Source of the DNA: Acidobacteriota bacterium
GTDB lineage: Bacteria > Acidobacteriota > Polarisedimenticolia > SMYD01
Length of the DNA: 64,000 nucleotides
Reading direction: 5' to 3'
Assembly (NCBI GenBank): GCA_046757405.1
Contig: JBHHYE010000001.1
Location: 69,900-133,899 of the forward strand
Shown: in pieces, positions 46,121-57,905 of the stretch
How positions within the stretch are numbered: the first letter of the stretch is position 1
How the letters are laid out: each line of letters begins with the position of its first letter
Program-made: the position numbers and the translations under genes
Notes under the pieces: generated by a model
The model's input: the letters and a program-made list of their open reading frames with translations, nothing else
Told to the model about the DNA's origin: nothing
The model's database searches: none

Positions 46121-46909
46121 TCACGGAGCCGGCTGGCGGAACTCCACAAGGGCCGAGCCGACCGAGGGATGCCGGTGGTACCCGAGGACCGTTCCGGACA
46201 CCGGCTCCCCGAGCACGCCTTCCAGAAACCAGAGATGCCGGAGTCCGGCGTGGGCCCGTCCACCGGCCAGGAGATCGTCCGGCAGAGCCGCCAGACCGTC
46301 CCAGTCGCCGGCCTCGAGCCGCGAGAGCACGGCCCGGTCCAGCGCGACCCCTCCCGGACGGTCCTCGCCCCTCAGGTAGGCCGCCGGGTCGTACGACAGG
46401 GAGCCGCCCGTCATGATGGCGCACATGGCTCCCGCGCCGCGGCAGGTCTCGCGCACGATCTCTCCCCAGCGGCGCAGGTCGTCCCGGGAGCGCTCGCTGG
46501 TTGACAGGGGCACCACCCGGCACGACGCCCGGGGAAAGAGAAACTGCACGGGTACGCTGGCGCCGTGGTCCATGCCGTGATGCACCATCTCCACCGGCAG
46601 GCCGCTGGCTGTTCCGTTGTCGTGCAGGGCGATGGCCAGATCCGTCCATCCATCGCACGCGTAAGCCAGGGACAGATCGACGCCGTCCGTTTCCACCAGG
46701 GTCTTGTGGCGGCCCCCGCTGTCCACCTGGAACGGCCCCTCCACGTCCCACCTGGCCGACAGGATGACCACCACCTCCAGGCCTTCGGACCGGAAGGCTC
46801 GGCCGATCTCCCTGAGCGCCGGCTGGATGCGGCATTCGTTGCCGTTTCTCTCATCCAGGAGAAGCGCCGGAAAGTGCGGCACCAGAAGGATACGGGAGTT
46901 CAGGGCCAT
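46121..46909 (-). CDS. DODA-type (YgiD-like) class III extradiol ring-cleavage dioxygenase family protein
   Basis: LLVPHFPALL, VVVILSARWDVEGPF (compare YgiD SAHW), MDHGASVP (compare FDHGSW). 262 aa, same length as YgiD. Confidence 0.6.
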   Translation of the reverse strand: MALNSRILLVPHFPALLLDERNGNECRIQPALREIGRAFRSEGLEVVVILSARWDVEGPFQVDSGGRHKTLVETDGVDLSLAYACDGWTDLAIALHDNGTASGLPVEMVHHGMDHGASVPVQFLFPRASCRVVPLSTSERSRDDLRRWGEIVRETCRGAGAMCAIMTGGSLSYDPAAYLRGEDRPGGVALDRAVLSRLEAGDWDGLAALPDDLLAGGRAHAGLRHLWFLEGVLGEPVSGTVLGYHRHPSVGSALVEFRQPAP

Positions 46910-46919
46910 GAATCGGGTG

Positions 46920-47333
46920 TCAGTCTCCGCCCCGCGGCGGTTTGTCGGGATCCCATGTCATCCATGGCTCATCCCCGGCATCCTCTTCCGGCTCTTCCTC
47001 CTCCGGCTCTGGAGGACGGAGGAGAAGGTCCCCGCCCTGCACACGTACCTCGTAAGTCGGCAAACGCGCCCACGGCTTCTGCTCGCACTCGCCGGTGGCC
47101 ACGTCAAAGCACCAGCCGTGCCAGTGGCACTGCACCGTGCCGCCCTTGAAGATCCCCTCGCTCAGGGAAGCGCCCATGTGGGGGCAGCGGTCGCTCACGG
47201 CAAAGTAGCGCGCCCGCCGCCGGAAGACCGCCACCTGCACGCCTTCCAGGGTGACGGCGCACCCCCGCCCCTCGCGGATATCGTCCGCATGGGCCACGCG
47301 GGTGAACGGTCTCGCCTTCCCCGGGCCGGCCAT
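46920..47333 (-). CDS. Rieske [2Fe-2S] domain protein
   Basis: CPHMGASL...CHWHGWCFD (CxH...CxxH). Start at the internal Met (47333); acidic C-terminal tail. Confidence 0.7.
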   Translation of the reverse strand: MAGPGKARPFTRVAHADDIREGRGCAVTLEGVQVAVFRRRARYFAVSDRCPHMGASLSEGIFKGGTVQCHWHGWCFDVATGECEQKPWARLPTYEVRVQGGDLLLRPPEPEEEEPEEDAGDEPWMTWDPDKPPRGGD

Positions 47334-47340
47334 CCGCAGC

Positions 47341-47763
47341 TCAATCGGTGGTGGAGGCGGCATCGACCCCGAAGGCCAAGTCGACCCGGGGAATCCGCAG
47401 CCGGAAACTTGTGACGCTCTCCCCGGGGCCGGCGCCGGGACGGGCATCCTCCAGGCAGGTGTGCAACCCCATCAGGAGAGACTCGATCTGCAACCCCCGG
47501 TAGCTCGTTCCCACCGACTCCAGCTTCTCGCGCGCCGTGCCGGCGAGCCGCTCGGCCCCGTGCAGATTCCCCCGCTCCAGGTGGTGCAAGCAGGCGGCCG
47601 CCTGGATGAGACCCTGGTAAAAGACCTTGTCGCGCCCCTCACTTTCCATCCAGAGATCTTCGAGCACTTCGTGCGCCTCCCAGAAGCGACCGGTGCGAAA
47701 GTGACGCCAGTACATCTGGTACCTCGGGTCCGGCTTGAAATCGAGCAAGAAACCTCCCGCCAC
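47341..47763 (-). CDS. DUF309-domain protein
   Basis: FRTGRFWEAHEVLEDLW signature of DUF309. Confidence 0.6.
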   Translation of the reverse strand: MAGGFLLDFKPDPRYQMYWRHFRTGRFWEAHEVLEDLWMESEGRDKVFYQGLIQAAACLHHLERGNLHGAERLAGTAREKLESVGTSYRGLQIESLLMGLHTCLEDARPGAGPGESVTSFRLRIPRVDLAFGVDAASTTD

Positions 47764-47891
47764 AGCCCTGTCTTGCCCTGGCGACCGGTGAATTCTATCC
47801 TGACGGAGATTAGCATAGTGATGAGGACCGGTCCTTCACGGACCCACCGGCGGCCTGGTCCCGGGGCGACCGGGCGGCACGAGGGAAAACT

Positions 47892-48374
47892 GTGGCGACG
47901 ACGGCGGAAACACCCAGCAATCGGGGCCTGGACCGCGCGGCCCGGCGGCTCGGCGAGCTCTGGGCACACCCCCTGGGCCGGGCGGAGACACTCGAGAAGG
48001 TGGTCGCCATCCTCGAGGAGGAGATCGCCCATTTTCACTGGGTGGGGATCTACCTGGTGGAGGGAGACGAGCTGGTCTTGCACAGTTTCGTCGGGCGGCC
48101 GACTCCCCACCCGCGCATCCCGGTGGGCCAGGGGATCTGCGGGGCGGCGATCACCCTGAACGACACCGTGGTGGTTGACGATGTGAAGTCCGATCCCCGC
48201 TACCTGGCCTGCAGCCTCGAGACGGCTTCCGAGATCGTCGTGCCGATCCGGGCGGAGAATCGCCCGGTGGGTGAGATCGACGTGGATTCCGACACGCCCC
48301 ATGCGTTCAGCGAGGCCGACCGCCGCTTCCTGGAAGGAGTCGCCCGGCGCCTCGCCCCGCTGGTCGGCGGCTAG
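47892..48374 (+). CDS. GAF-domain protein, free methionine-(R)-sulfoxide reductase-like (fRMsr/YebR family)
   Basis: HWVGIYLVE...VGQGICGAAI...EIVVPI: GAF fold with the fRMsr Cys motif. GTG start with GAGGGA RBS. Confidence 0.65.
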   Translation: MATTAETPSNRGLDRAARRLGELWAHPLGRAETLEKVVAILEEEIAHFHWVGIYLVEGDELVLHSFVGRPTPHPRIPVGQGICGAAITLNDTVVVDDVKSDPRYLACSLETASEIVVPIRAENRPVGEIDVDSDTPHAFSEADRRFLEGVARRLAPLVGG

Positions 48375-50068
48375 GATGCCGGGGGGCCGCTCCCCGGCGT
48401 CAGGCCGCGACGGGCGGCCTCCTCGACCTCACGGTCGCCGGCCGCCACGGCCTCGTCGAGCGCCTCCTGGTAATGCCGGCGGGCGGCGTCGGTCTGCCCT
48501 TCCGCGGCCAGGAGCAGCGCCAGGTTGAGGTGCGTGGCCGCCCACTCGTAGGCCGGCCGGATCTCCAGAACACGGCGGTAATGCGACATGGCCTCCCGCA
48601 CCCGGCCGCGCGCCGCAAGGACAATCCCCAGGTTGTAGTGGGCTTCCGCCATGCCGGGCTCGATCCGCAGGGCGGCGCGGAACTGCTCCGCGGATTCATC
48701 CATCCTGCCCATGGTGCGCAGCGCGTAGCCGAGGTTATTGTGCGCCATGGGCAGATCGTCCTGGAGGGCCAGTGCCTGGCGCAGGTGGGAGATGGCCTCC
48801 TCCAGGTTCCCCTGGCGCAAGAAGGAGCTCCCCAGGCTCTCGTGCGCCTTGGCCGAGCGCGGATCGGTCCGCAGCCACTGGCCCAGGAAGGCCGGATCAT
48901 CGCGAAAGGTCGCGGCGCGCTGGAAGCTGATCGTGCCGGCCGCCGCCAGCACCAGCAGGCCAGCCACGACCGGGAGGTGGCGCGGCAGCCAGCGGCCGCG
49001 CAGCGATGATCCGATGCGGCCGGCCACCGCCGCCACCGCCACCAGCGCCAGCAGCAGGTGGCGCTCCGCGAAGCGGGCCTCCTGATCGAACAGGTTGGCG
49101 GTGGGAAGAAGAGCGAGAACAAACCATCCTCCCCAGAACAGCAAGAAGCGGCGAGGCTCCCCCGCACCGCGCCGGACGGCCAAGAGCAGCACCAGCGCCG
49201 CCGCTAGCCAGAGCCCCTGGCGCCACACGGAGAACCACACCGCCACCCGCGGCTCGTAGACCAGCCCGGCGGACGGAGCGCTGATGGTCTGGAGCGCGTA
49301 GAACAGCGAGAGGACCGGGCCCAGCGGATCGCGGATCACCGCCAGGCGCGGCGTTCCGCCTGCTCCCAGGAGAGACCAGCGCGCCAGGAGATAGGCCAGA
49401 ACCAGCGCGGCCCACGGGGCATGCCGGCGGACCCACTTCTTCGCGTCGCGGCCCGACGGGTCGGCCGACAGCCCCAGGCCATCCGCCAGGAGAAACAGGC
49501 CGGCCACCGCCAGCGCCTGCTCGCGGCAAAGAAGGGCCGCCGCGAAGCACACCAGCGACAAGAGGCGCCCCCGCCGGCCGCCGGCGAGATCACCGTACAC
49601 CGCGGCCAGGGCCAGGATCGCCGCCATCAAGGCCTCCCGGCCGGAAATGGGATCCACACAGGACGAGGTCAGCGGATGAAACGCCACCAGCGCGGCGGCC
49701 CACAGGGCCGCCCGCGGCCCCAGGCCGGCCGCCGGCAACCGCAGCAACGCGTGCACCATCACCGCCAGCCATCCCGCCAGCAGGACATTGAACAGGTGAA
49801 ACGGCCACGGCCGGTTGCCGGAGAGCATCTTCTGCACACTCAGCGTGAGCCACGGCAGCGGCCTGTAGTACGGCACGTACTTCCAGTGCTTCTCGGTGAA
49901 GACCTTGAACAGACCGGCGGTGGTGCGCGCCACAGGCTGGGCGACAATCAGCTTCTGGTCGTCGTAGATGAATCCGTTGCCGGCGGAGGGGGCGTAGAGG
50001 GCGACGGCCAGAACAAACAGCACCGCCGGGCCGGCGCGTCGCGCCTGATCAAGCGGCCGGCCGGTCAT
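48371..50068 (-). CDS. TMTC-like membrane protein: DUF1736/PMT-like polytopic N-domain plus C-terminal TPR repeats (putative GT-C glycosyltransferase)
   Basis: About 10 TM N-domain with FIYDDQKLI, then TPR repeats (AKAHESLGSSFLRQGNLEEAISHLRQAL..., MAHNNLGYAL..., AEAHYNLGIVL...). Confidence 0.6.
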   Translation of the reverse strand: MTGRPLDQARRAGPAVLFVLAVALYAPSAGNGFIYDDQKLIVAQPVARTTAGLFKVFTEKHWKYVPYYRPLPWLTLSVQKMLSGNRPWPFHLFNVLLAGWLAVMVHALLRLPAAGLGPRAALWAAALVAFHPLTSSCVDPISGREALMAAILALAAVYGDLAGGRRGRLLSLVCFAAALLCREQALAVAGLFLLADGLGLSADPSGRDAKKWVRRHAPWAALVLAYLLARWSLLGAGGTPRLAVIRDPLGPVLSLFYALQTISAPSAGLVYEPRVAVWFSVWRQGLWLAAALVLLLAVRRGAGEPRRFLLFWGGWFVLALLPTANLFDQEARFAERHLLLALVAVAAVAGRIGSSLRGRWLPRHLPVVAGLLVLAAAGTISFQRAATFRDDPAFLGQWLRTDPRSAKAHESLGSSFLRQGNLEEAISHLRQALALQDDLPMAHNNLGYALRTMGRMDESAEQFRAALRIEPGMAEAHYNLGIVLAARGRVREAMSHYRRVLEIRPAYEWAATHLNLALLLAAEGQTDAARRHYQEALDEAVAAGDREVEEAARRGLTPGSGPPAS

Positions 50069-50168
50069 GACGGGTATCCTGCCGCCAGAATTCCCGCGGG
50101 GGAGCCGCATGTCATCCACTGTGGCGGGAACCTGGCTTGCCCTCCATGGGGACGAGGATGCCCGCGGG

Positions 50169-50654
50169 TCAGCCGACGGGAATGGTCCGGTGGCGGCGCG
50201 GCGCGGTCTTGGGCAGGCTCAGCGTGAGGACACCGCGGCGGTAGGTGGCCTCGGCATGCTCCGGGTCCACCTCCCGCGGGAGGGGCAGCGACCGTTCGAA
50301 GGCGCCGTAGGCCGCCTCGAAGAGATGATAGCTGGCGCCCTGTTCCTGGCGCTCGAACCGCTTCTCGCCGCGAATGAAGAGCACCCCGTTCTCCACGCTG
50401 ATGTCGAAGTCATTCTTGTCCATGCCGGGCGCTTCGAGCCGCACGATGAGGTGGGTGTCCGTCTCCGCCATCTCGCCAGCCAGCACCCCCCAGCTTTCCG
50501 CCTCGTCCGGCAGGCTCGCCGACAGATCATCGCTTCGCCTGCGGCTGAACCGCGTCAGGGCCTGGCCGCTTCTGGCCATCATCTTCTTCCAGCCTTCGGT
50601 CAGGGTTTCGAAGAACTGGGTTGCGCCGCTCTTGATCTGGTGAAGCAGGTCCAT
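50169..50654 (-). CDS. Hsp20/alpha-crystallin small heat-shock protein
   Basis: Alpha-crystallin domain (THLIVRLEAPGMDKNDFDISVENGVLFIRGEK...SLPLP...AEATYRRGVLTLSLPK). Confidence 0.85.
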   Translation of the reverse strand: MDLLHQIKSGATQFFETLTEGWKKMMARSGQALTRFSRRRSDDLSASLPDEAESWGVLAGEMAETDTHLIVRLEAPGMDKNDFDISVENGVLFIRGEKRFERQEQGASYHLFEAAYGAFERSLPLPREVDPEHAEATYRRGVLTLSLPKTAPRRHRTIPVG

Positions 50655-50822
50655 GCTGGTTCCTCCCGTGAAGGTCTGAAATCGATGGGCCTCCGCCTGG
50701 GCCCATGACCTCCGTACCAGTGTATCTCCGCCCGCCTCACGCCGCCATCCGCATGGTTTCCTCCCGCCCGAAACCTGGCCTTCCGCCGCCCTCCCCGGCC
50801 CCGCCTGGCGGCTCCCCGGCCG

Positions 50823-52349
<1,527 letters not shown>

Positions 52350-52587
52350 CGAGACTCCCCTAGAAGAAGGCCGCCGCCGCGTCCCCGTCTGGGTCCGGCC
52401 ACGAAGGATCAGGGGACCGCCGCGCCGCCAGGATATGGACGGCGTATCAAAGGCCAATTCAGGGGCAAATGTCAAACAACCCGCCTTGCGGCGGGCCGGG
52501 CGCCGTCGGGTAAGCTAGCGGCATGGGAACGCTGCCCGCGGCAGGTGTTGCGCCGATGACTCCCATCGGGATAATCGGTCCAGATCG

Positions 52588-54399
52588 GTGAGAGCCAGCT
52601 CCGCACATACATCCTGGGCGGGCCGGGCGTCGACTCTGGCCGCCCTGCTCCTGCCCGCGGTCGCCGGACTGTTCACCCTGAGACGGTTCAACGACTTCGA
52701 CATCTTCTGGCATGTGCGCACCGGCCAGTGGATCCTGTCCCATGGTCGAGCTCCCGTGGTGGATCCCTTCGGGTCGGTCACGGCCAACCGGCCCTGGATG
52801 GAGGTCTCCTGGGCCGCCGACGTGGCCATGGCGCTGATCGTGAAGGCCACCGGATTCCTGGGCCTGCAGCTCGTGGCGGTGCTGATCGTCGCGGCGACGC
52901 TGGCCGCCTGTCTCCTCCGTTTCCCTCGTTCACCGCTGGTGATCTGGGGGGCCATGCTCGTGGTGCTCACCTGCTGGAGCCGCTTCCTGGTGCGCCCCGA
53001 TCTCCTGTCGCTGCCCCTGGTGATCCTGCTGTTCATCCTGGCCGACGGGCTGGAGGGCCCGCGCCGGCGCTCTCTCATCTGGATGGCAGGGCTCATGGTC
53101 GTGTGGTGCAACGTGCACGGCTCGTTCGTCCTGGCGCCGCTGGTGCTGGGCGCCCGCCTCGCCGGCGGTCTGTTCCGCCGGCGTCTTGACCGGCGAGTGG
53201 CGCTGGCCCTGGGGCTCTCCCTGGCCGCTCCCCTGGCCACGCCTTACGGCTTCCGCCTCTATGCACTCCTGGCCCCTTACATGAAAAGTCTCCTGGCGCT
53301 GGCAGGAGCGGCCCACACGCGCCGCCTGACTCTCATCGAATGGCACCCGACCTGGCAGAGTTTCTTCAGCGATCCCTCCTTCCCGCGCTGGTCCTTCCTG
53401 GGCCTCACCGCGGTGCTCGGGGCATCGTTCGTGGGGGCCGGGAAGCGCCTCTCCACGAGGCGCCTGCTGCCCGCGGCCGGGATGTTTCTTCTGAGTCTCA
53501 CGGCGTTGCGCCATCTGCTCGTTTTCGGCGCAGCTTCTCTGGCGGTCATCGCCCTCAACGAGCGTGACCGTCTCGCCGCGGCCGGCAAGGGAAAGGACCG
53601 GGACGGCGGCGCGGGCCGGCGGCCGGCGCGCCGGGAAAGATCTCCCCGGGCTTCCTGGCTGGAGATTCTCCCGCCGGCGGCGGCTGCGGTGGTCCTGATA
53701 TGGGTCGGCGCGGCCGTCCTGGATGACGGGTACTACGTGGCCCGGGATCTTGCCAGCCGCACCGGCGTGGGTGTCGACCCGCGCGTGGCGCCGGAGGGGG
53801 CGGCGCGCTGGCTGGCCGGACATGCGGCTCCCGGCCTCATCTTCAACAATTTCGACAGCGGCGCGTACCTTCACCACCGCCTCTTTCCGGAGTTTCGCCC
53901 CTATCTGGACGCCCGGCTGGTGGACCCCGACCTGTATTTCCGCGTCTCGGATGCGGTGGCCGACACGGAGCAGTTCGAGAAGCTGGTGCGCCGGGACGGC
54001 ATCCGTACCATCGTCCTGCTGCACCCGTCGCCCGAAACGTTCGTCTTGCTGCCCCGCCTGGCCGCGGATACCGGCTGGCGGCTCGTGTACCGGAACAGGA
54101 ACTCGACGGTTCATGTCCGGAGCGGGGAGGCGCCCGCGCCGGCACGCCATCCACCCATTTCCCTGCCGCCCATGCTGACGCCGTCCATGCAGCGGATCAA
54201 TCGCTGGCTGGACCAGGTCAAGACCCACGTGCTTCCCGCAGGAGAGCTGACCGATGCGCTGGTCTCGCACATGCTCGGCCAGAAACGGCGCGAACAGGCC
54301 GCCTACGAGCGGGCGCGCCGGATCGCACCTGATAATCCGCGGGTCGAGGCGCATTTTGCTCCGGCCCGGACGCCCGGCGCCGGTCCCGGGGTCAAATGA
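52588..54399 (+). CDS. Hypothetical polytopic membrane protein with C-terminal soluble domain (possible GT-C-fold glycosyltransferase)
   Basis: About 9 TM. First loop FNDFDIFWHVRTG is reminiscent of GT-C acidic-loop motifs. No firm family. Confidence 0.4.
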   Translation: MRASSAHTSWAGRASTLAALLLPAVAGLFTLRRFNDFDIFWHVRTGQWILSHGRAPVVDPFGSVTANRPWMEVSWAADVAMALIVKATGFLGLQLVAVLIVAATLAACLLRFPRSPLVIWGAMLVVLTCWSRFLVRPDLLSLPLVILLFILADGLEGPRRRSLIWMAGLMVVWCNVHGSFVLAPLVLGARLAGGLFRRRLDRRVALALGLSLAAPLATPYGFRLYALLAPYMKSLLALAGAAHTRRLTLIEWHPTWQSFFSDPSFPRWSFLGLTAVLGASFVGAGKRLSTRRLLPAAGMFLLSLTALRHLLVFGAASLAVIALNERDRLAAAGKGKDRDGGAGRRPARRERSPRASWLEILPPAAAAVVLIWVGAAVLDDGYYVARDLASRTGVGVDPRVAPEGAARWLAGHAAPGLIFNNFDSGAYLHHRLFPEFRPYLDARLVDPDLYFRVSDAVADTEQFEKLVRRDGIRTIVLLHPSPETFVLLPRLAADTGWRLVYRNRNSTVHVRSGEAPAPARHPPISLPPMLTPSMQRINRWLDQVKTHVLPAGELTDALVSHMLGQKRREQAAYERARRIAPDNPRVEAHFAPARTPGAGPGVK

Positions 54400-54463
54400 C
54401 GGTCCGATCCCGGGCAAGACGGGGCGGAGCGCGCTTTCCGCGTGTAGTAAGGTCCAGGCTCGG

Positions 54464-55486
54464 ATGATCGAAGGCTCCCATCTCTCGTTTCGTGTCGACG
54501 CATCGCCCGCGATCGGCGCCGGCCACTTCATGCGCTGTCTGGCGCTGGCCGAGGAGTGGCGCGCCCGGGGAGGACAGGCAACCTTCATCGGCCGCTGGCC
54601 CGCTCCCCTGGCCCGGCACCTGGAGGAACGGGGAATCCGGACGGTTCTCCTGGACGCCATCCATCCCGATCCCTCCGACCTAGTGCAGACCCTGGAGACG
54701 GTTCCCGCCGCGGGAAACATGGTCCTGGACGGCTACCGCTTCGACGCTGCCTATCAAGGCCGCCTGCGGCACGGCGTGCGGCGCCTCCTGGTCATCGACG
54801 ATGCGGGTCATCTGCCCGCTTACGACGCCGATATCCTCTTGAACCAGAACCTTCACGCGGACCGGGTCGCCTACCAGCGGGCCCCGGCCCAGCGGCTTCT
54901 GGGGCCCAGATATGTTCTCCTGCGCCGGGAATTCCTCCGCTGGGACGTGCCGCGCCGGCCCGTGCCTCCCCGCGCGCGCCATCTTCTGGTGACCCTGGGC
55001 GGCGGCGACCAGGCCAACCACACCCTGCGAATCGCCGAGGCTCTCCTGGCGCCCGCTTTTCGGGACACGCAGATCCGGGTCGTGATCGGCCCCGCCAATC
55101 CCCATGCCGCAGTCCTGGAGCGTTTCACGACGGATCGTGAGAGCCGGTTCCAGGTGATCGAGGCCGGGGCGGATATGCCGGCCTTGATGGCCTGGGCCGA
55201 CCTGGCCATCTCCGCGGCCGGGACCACCAGCCTGGAGTTCGCCTTCATGGGACTGCCCTGCGTGCTGGTGGCGGTGGCCGACAACCAGGAGCCGATCGGC
55301 CGGGAAATGGAGTCGCGGGGTGCGGCCGTCCATCTGGGGATGGCCGGCGAGCTGTCCTGGGGCCATCTGGTCCGCGCCGCAGGCGATCTGATCCGGGATC
55401 CGGAGCGGCGGCTGCGGATGAGCGAGAACGGCCGCCGTCTCGTGGATGGCGGCGGCGTCCGGCGGGTCATCGAGGCGCTGGGGTGA
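54464..55486 (+). CDS. PseG-like UDP-sugar hydrolase / GT28 C-domain family protein
   Basis: LSFRVDASPAIGAGHFMRCLALAEEW (compare PseG R.DAS..IG.GHVMRCL.LA), C-terminal GT-B half (AISAAGTTSLEFAFMGLP). Confidence 0.6.
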   Translation: MIEGSHLSFRVDASPAIGAGHFMRCLALAEEWRARGGQATFIGRWPAPLARHLEERGIRTVLLDAIHPDPSDLVQTLETVPAAGNMVLDGYRFDAAYQGRLRHGVRRLLVIDDAGHLPAYDADILLNQNLHADRVAYQRAPAQRLLGPRYVLLRREFLRWDVPRRPVPPRARHLLVTLGGGDQANHTLRIAEALLAPAFRDTQIRVVIGPANPHAAVLERFTTDRESRFQVIEAGADMPALMAWADLAISAAGTTSLEFAFMGLPCVLVAVADNQEPIGREMESRGAAVHLGMAGELSWGHLVRAAGDLIRDPERRLRMSENGRRLVDGGGVRRVIEALG

Positions 55487-55580
55487 GGACGATCCCCAAG
55501 GGCCGGCGCCGGACGGGGCCGGGCGCGGACGGCAGCCGGAGATGCTTCCGGGAGCGGGCCATGAGAGGAGAACCATCCGC

Positions 55581-56171
55581 TTGAAGCACTGTCCCAATCC
55601 AGAGTGCTCCTTCCTGGCCGAGACGGGCCAGGCCGGCGAGTACCGGGACGAGATCAGTGTCTGTTCCGACTGCGGTGCCGCCCTGGAACCGGGCCGGCCC
55701 CCCAGGGTCGATCAGAAGGCGGGTCCTCGCTGGACCGGCGTCCTGGTGGCGACGGATCCTCATGCCGTCCACCTGGCCCGTTCCTTTCTGGCCAGGGAAG
55801 GGATCCCCAGTGAAGTTCGACCCACCCGGAAGGAGTCGGAGCTCCTCCTGCCCGGTCAGGCGGCAGGTGCCGAGATCATCGTCCCTTCGCCCCTGGCGGA
55901 AGCAGCCCGCGACCTCCTCGAGAACCAACCCCTCGAGCCGGTGCAGCTTCCCGACCATGAGGACCTGGAGTTCATCGATGCGGACAGCGGCACACCCCTG
56001 GAGAACGAGCCCGGCGGAGAGGAGAGCCATCCTCCTCCCTGTCCCCACTGCAGCTCCTCCAGCGTGGAGAGGACGCCGCCCGGTTCACCGGTGGAGCCAC
56101 GCGGGTTTCTCAAGCGTCTCTTCTCCCCGCCTCCCCGGTGGATCTGCCGGGAATGCCGGCATCTCTGGTAA
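55581..56171 (+). CDS. DUF2007-like small protein flanked by zinc-ribbon motifs
   Basis: TTG start with GAGAGGAG 10 nt upstream. CPNPEC...CSDCG, central VATDPHAVHLARSFLAREGIPSEV (DUF2007-like), C-terminal CPHC...CRECRHLW. Confidence 0.4.
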   Translation: MKHCPNPECSFLAETGQAGEYRDEISVCSDCGAALEPGRPPRVDQKAGPRWTGVLVATDPHAVHLARSFLAREGIPSEVRPTRKESELLLPGQAAGAEIIVPSPLAEAARDLLENQPLEPVQLPDHEDLEFIDADSGTPLENEPGGEESHPPPCPHCSSSSVERTPPGSPVEPRGFLKRLFSPPPRWICRECRHLW

Positions 56172-56249
56172 CGCCGCCGGGAGCCAACGCGCCGAACCTC
56201 GCGTCTCGTGGTCCGGGGGGTGGGCCGCCATGGCGGCGTGAGAGGCGGC

Positions 56250-56681
56250 TCAGCCCGTGATATAGCTCTCGAGCTGCTGGATCATGAACTTCTGGTCGGC
56301 GATCTTGGCCTGGACCAGGTCGCCGATGGAAATGATCCCGACCAGCGCGCCATCCTCGATGACGGGCAGATGCCGGATCCTCCGGGCGCTCATGAGTGCC
56401 ATCGCCTCCTCGCAGCTCTGGCCGGGTCGGATACAGACCGGGCGGGGACTCATGATCTCGCGCACCGGAGTGCTGTGGGAGGCGCGGTCCCGCAGGATCA
56501 CCTTCCGGGCATAATCGCGCTCACTCATGATGCCGATCGGCCGGCCTCCTTCGATCACGACCACCGCGCCGATCTCCTTGTCGGCCATGAGCTGAAGCGC
56601 CTCGAAGACCGTGGCGTCGGGGCTGATGCTCCAGACGTCGGCTCCTTTCTTCTTGAGAATGTCTCCGATGTGACCCATCAT
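56250..56681 (-). CDS. CBS-domain pair protein
   Basis: Two CBS motifs (GAVVVIEGGRPIGIMSERD; HLPVIEDGALVGIISIGD). Confidence 0.7.
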   Translation of the reverse strand: MMGHIGDILKKKGADVWSISPDATVFEALQLMADKEIGAVVVIEGGRPIGIMSERDYARKVILRDRASHSTPVREIMSPRPVCIRPGQSCEEAMALMSARRIRHLPVIEDGALVGIISIGDLVQAKIADQKFMIQQLESYITG

Positions 56682-57010
56682 TCCACCTCCCCGTTCCATG
56701 CGCTCCTGCCGGGAAGATCTGTCTCCTTGAGTGGACAGCCCCCCTTTCCGTGGACCCCATCAGCAGGAACGCTCCACCAGTTCAAGGCCCAGGAGCTTCT
56801 CACTATCTCATATGCCGCCGGCTCCCGGCCACCCCTCCGCACGACGCGCCGGGTCCGGCGCGGACCACCCTCCCGGGCGGGCCTGCCAAGCCGCCTTCCC
56901 CGGCCGGAAGGCGGAACAGGACGCGGTGGACAAGCCGCACCCGGCCTCCCCGGAACTGGCACGCTGGTGATATCCTTGGCCCTCATGTAGTTGATGTGGG
57001 TGCATGGATC

Positions 57011-57853
57011 ATGGCTTCGAGCGAGGTGGCACTGCTGGTCGTGATGCTATCGGTGTCTCCCCTCCTCGCCACCCCCCAGGATCACCCGACCGCAGGAACG
57101 GAGCCGCCACCCGACGCCCACCTGGTGCGCCGGTTCACCGGTGATATCCGCGCGGGCCTCCGCGCGCCCTTCCGGCGGCACCATCACTGGCGCCGGTTCT
57201 GGCTCTCGCTGACCGCCATCGGCGTGGCCGCCGCCCTTGACAACGAGGTGCGGTCGGATGTCCAGCGCAACCGGACCGGCACGACGGATAACATCAGCGA
57301 CGCGGCGCGGCCCTTCGGCAGCGTGGTGCCCTTGGTCGGGTTTGCCGCAACCTGGATCACCGGCCGCGTCCGCCACAATAACGAGCTCATCTCCATCGGT
57401 GTCGACGGGCTGGAAGCCTCGGCCATCACCGGCCTCCTGGTCACGCCGTCGCTCAAGAGAGCGGTCGGCCGCGCGCGGCCGTTCCAGGAGGAAGGCTCCA
57501 GCTCCTTCCGTCCGTTTTCAGGCAACTCGTCCTTTCCCGCCGGAGAACCGACCGAAGCGTTCACCGCGGCCACCGTGGTCTCGGAGCACATTCACAAGCC
57601 CTGGGTACAGGCCAGCGCCTGGGGAGCCGCAGGCCTGGTGGGACTCGAGCGGATCAACCTGGACCGGCACTGGCTGTCCGATGTCACCGCGGCCGGGTTC
57701 ATCAGCCACGGCATCACCCGCTTCCTGGTGCACCGCCACCGGGGCGCCGGGGAGCATCCCGGCGGCACCCTGGCCTCCCGGGGAAGCCACATCCAGGTCA
57801 GCCCTCTGGCCCGCGGGGATTCACGTGGACTCCTTTTCACCTTCTCGTTCTAG
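57011..57853 (+). CDS. PAP2-superfamily phosphatase (secreted or membrane-associated)
   Basis: Signal peptide MASSEVALLVVMLSVSPLLA. KRAVGRARP (KxxxxxxRP), FPAGEPT (PSGH variant), ERINLDRHWLSDV (SRxxxxxHxxxD). Confidence 0.7.
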   Translation: MASSEVALLVVMLSVSPLLATPQDHPTAGTEPPPDAHLVRRFTGDIRAGLRAPFRRHHHWRRFWLSLTAIGVAAALDNEVRSDVQRNRTGTTDNISDAARPFGSVVPLVGFAATWITGRVRHNNELISIGVDGLEASAITGLLVTPSLKRAVGRARPFQEEGSSSFRPFSGNSSFPAGEPTEAFTAATVVSEHIHKPWVQASAWGAAGLVGLERINLDRHWLSDVTAAGFISHGITRFLVHRHRGAGEHPGGTLASRGSHIQVSPLARGDSRGLLFTFSF

Positions 57854-57905
57854 CGGTCTTCCAGGAACGCCGCCCTGCCTCCCGGCAAAGCTGCTCCCGG
57901 GCCGG

